The notes under the pieces were generated by a model. The model was not told the origin of the DNA, did not search any database, and saw nothing but the letters and a program-made list of their open reading frames with translations. Below are positions 62,300 to 64,000 of a stretch of DNA of 64,000 nucleotides, piece by piece. The DNA comes from Octopus sinensis (taxonomy: Eukaryota). The stretch's first letter is position 1. Each line of letters begins with the position of its first letter. The stretch is from NCBI RefSeq assembly GCF_006345805.1, contig NC_043004.1, positions 40,858,001 to 40,922,000 of the forward strand, given 5' to 3'. A program made the translations under genes and the position numbers.

Positions 62300-62530
62300 G
62301 TGAGCTGGCAGAATCGCTAGCATGCCGGGCAAAATGCTTAGCGGTATTTCGTCTGCTGCTACATTCTGAGTTCAAATTCTGCTGAGGTCGACTTTGCCTT
62401 TCATCCTTTCGAGGTCGATTAAATAAGTACCAGTTACGCACTGGGGTCGATATAATCGACTTAATCCGTTTGTCTGTCCTTGTTTGTCCTCTCTGTGTGT
62501 AGCCCCTTGTGGGTAGTAAAAAAATAGAAA
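62300..62530 (+). mobile_element. SINE family E (gcagaatcgctagc...ttctgagttcaaattc...ggtcgactttgcctttcatcc)
   Basis: Many degenerate copies in the window (e.g. ~20200, 30020, 38000, 39250, 48500, 54310, 54830, 57040). Confidence 0.85.
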
Positions 62531-63008
62531 TATGTCCACAGTTGTCACTGCCGAATCTTGAATCGTTTCCCTTTATACTGCCAACATTCCAAAATGGTGA
62601 GGTTGTCTGTCTCCTCCCTGCTTTTTTTTTTTTTCTTGCTTTAACTACAATGTTGGAATTGTCTCCTTTCACTTTCTTTTCCATTTTGCTTTATATTTAA
62701 TTACTAAAGCCAAAAATTATTTCTCCTTGGATGTAATTGCAATTAATTTGCAATTCTTAATCCACAACATTAAGTACATTAGCACCAACCTTACCACTTG
62801 GTTTTCATGCAGAACACGTCCCAAGGTATTTTACTTTAGTCTTTCCTTTATAATTAGTCATTATATAGTAACCACTTCAAACTGAAGTAGGTAAGAAAAT
62901 TTAACACTATAGAAATACACAGCACAAAAGTAGCTTGAGTACACACACACACACACAAAATATCTCAAATTCTTTAATGGCTTATTGAACAAACCATTGA
63001 TGACTGAC

Positions 63009-63093
63009 TTTTTGAAACATATCAAGAAGGCAAATCAAACCTGTTAGAACCAATTCACTCCGAGCTATTGATATCATAGACAACAGTTGGAAC
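63009..63093 (-). CDS. Candidate 85-nt internal exon (xFQLLSMISIARSELVLTGLICLLDMFQK)
   Basis: tttccttattcttgcatctaacag| acceptor and AAA|gtcagt donor; exactly one open frame. Confidence 0.3.
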
Positions 63094-63805
63094 CTGTTAG
63101 ATGCAAGAATAAGGAAATATGATATGAAACCAGTTTCCATAACTCACCAGGCTCTTCAGGAAGGTTACCAACTTATAGCAATTACACACACACATGCTAT
63201 GCATATAATCTTTTGTTCTTGTACTCATGTACATATTCTAATCCTTTATCAAAACAATGTATTATATTAAATACTTGAGACAAAGAAACTTTATCTGTAA
63301 ATCTATCTCCACATCTTTTACTCCACTTTTACTAGCTTCAGTTCGAGAACTGCAGTTATACTGGAGTACTGCCATTAGCTTTACTACACTTTCACTATTT
63401 CTGATATGTGGCATTTGGTGAATGAGGGAGTTTGATGTTGGCACCCTCATCTGTGTTTCTTGCTTTGAGGTAGGTTCATCTAGAACCCTTGACAGGGGAA
63501 GATCCTATTTTGTTTTGAAGACGTCCATATCCACCCCATGTTATTTTTTAAATTTTATTCAATTAATTTATTTTTGCATCAAGATAGAATACCATAGTGA
63601 AAGTTCATGGCTTAGTGGTTAGGGTGTTGCACTCATGAATGCATGATTGTGGTTCTATTCCTGAACTGGTGAGTGTGTTGTATTCTTGAGTGAAACGCTC
63701 CATTTCACATTGCTCTAGTCAACTCACAATTATAGGCATTTGTTAGCAGGACAGTGTGACAAACCAAGAAGTACTGGACAGAGCTTTTTTTGTTGTTGTT
63801 GTTTG

Positions 63806-64000
63806 TTCCTTCTCAAGCCATGCCTGGCTCATAAGGGCCAGTTTCCCGGTTTCCTTGGCGTATAAGTTCCCCACCTGGACGGGACGCCGGTCCATCGCAG
63901 GTGAGCTGCAAGATGCAGGAGGGAAGAGTGAGAGAAAGTTGTGGCAAAAGAGTCAGCAGAAGTTTGCCATTACCTTCTGTTGGAGCCGCGTGGAGCTTAG
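63806..64000 (-). mobile_element. SINE subfamily B2, running off the window end
   Basis: Matches 61164-61456. Confidence 0.88.

Noticed and set aside
4262-62684. Recurrent short ORFs such as FQSFDCGHAGAPPLV and DGLLSVSVYQIHSQG
   Set aside because: Repeated translations of SINE family A and E copies, not genes.
63262-63520. ~80-codon open stretch on the minus strand
   Set aside because: No convincing acceptor tract and no recognisable domain.

Overview
AT-rich, repeat-dense eukaryotic DNA. It is most likely an octopus genome (inference from its tRNA-derived SINE families and very high microsatellite density). There is no intact protein-coding gene, rRNA, true tRNA or CRISPR array that I can support, and nearly all long ORFs in the track are artefacts of simple repeats. 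The window holds at least five SINE/retroposon families, many MITEs with clear TIRs and TSDs (hAT-type 8-bp TSDs, piggyBac-type TTAA, TA-flanked pogo/Tc1-type, and a GG-ended family), one decayed Tigger/pogo transposase (58.4-60.0 kb), RTE-type LINE remnants, and several low-confidence exons of an unidentified minus-strand gene. The dominant feature is an ~8.3-kb array of ~320 copies of a 26-bp unit (20800-29121). It starts exactly inside a dispersed retroposon copy, at a motif that other copies of that family in this window carry in 1, 2 or 4-5 tandem copies with the same 26-bp period. The array has internal 9-mer, 10-mer and 5-mer higher-order repeats. The best candidate for an undescribed system is therefore a retroposon-borne expandable 26-bp module that seeds satellite arrays. 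Many boundaries of degenerate elements are approximate.
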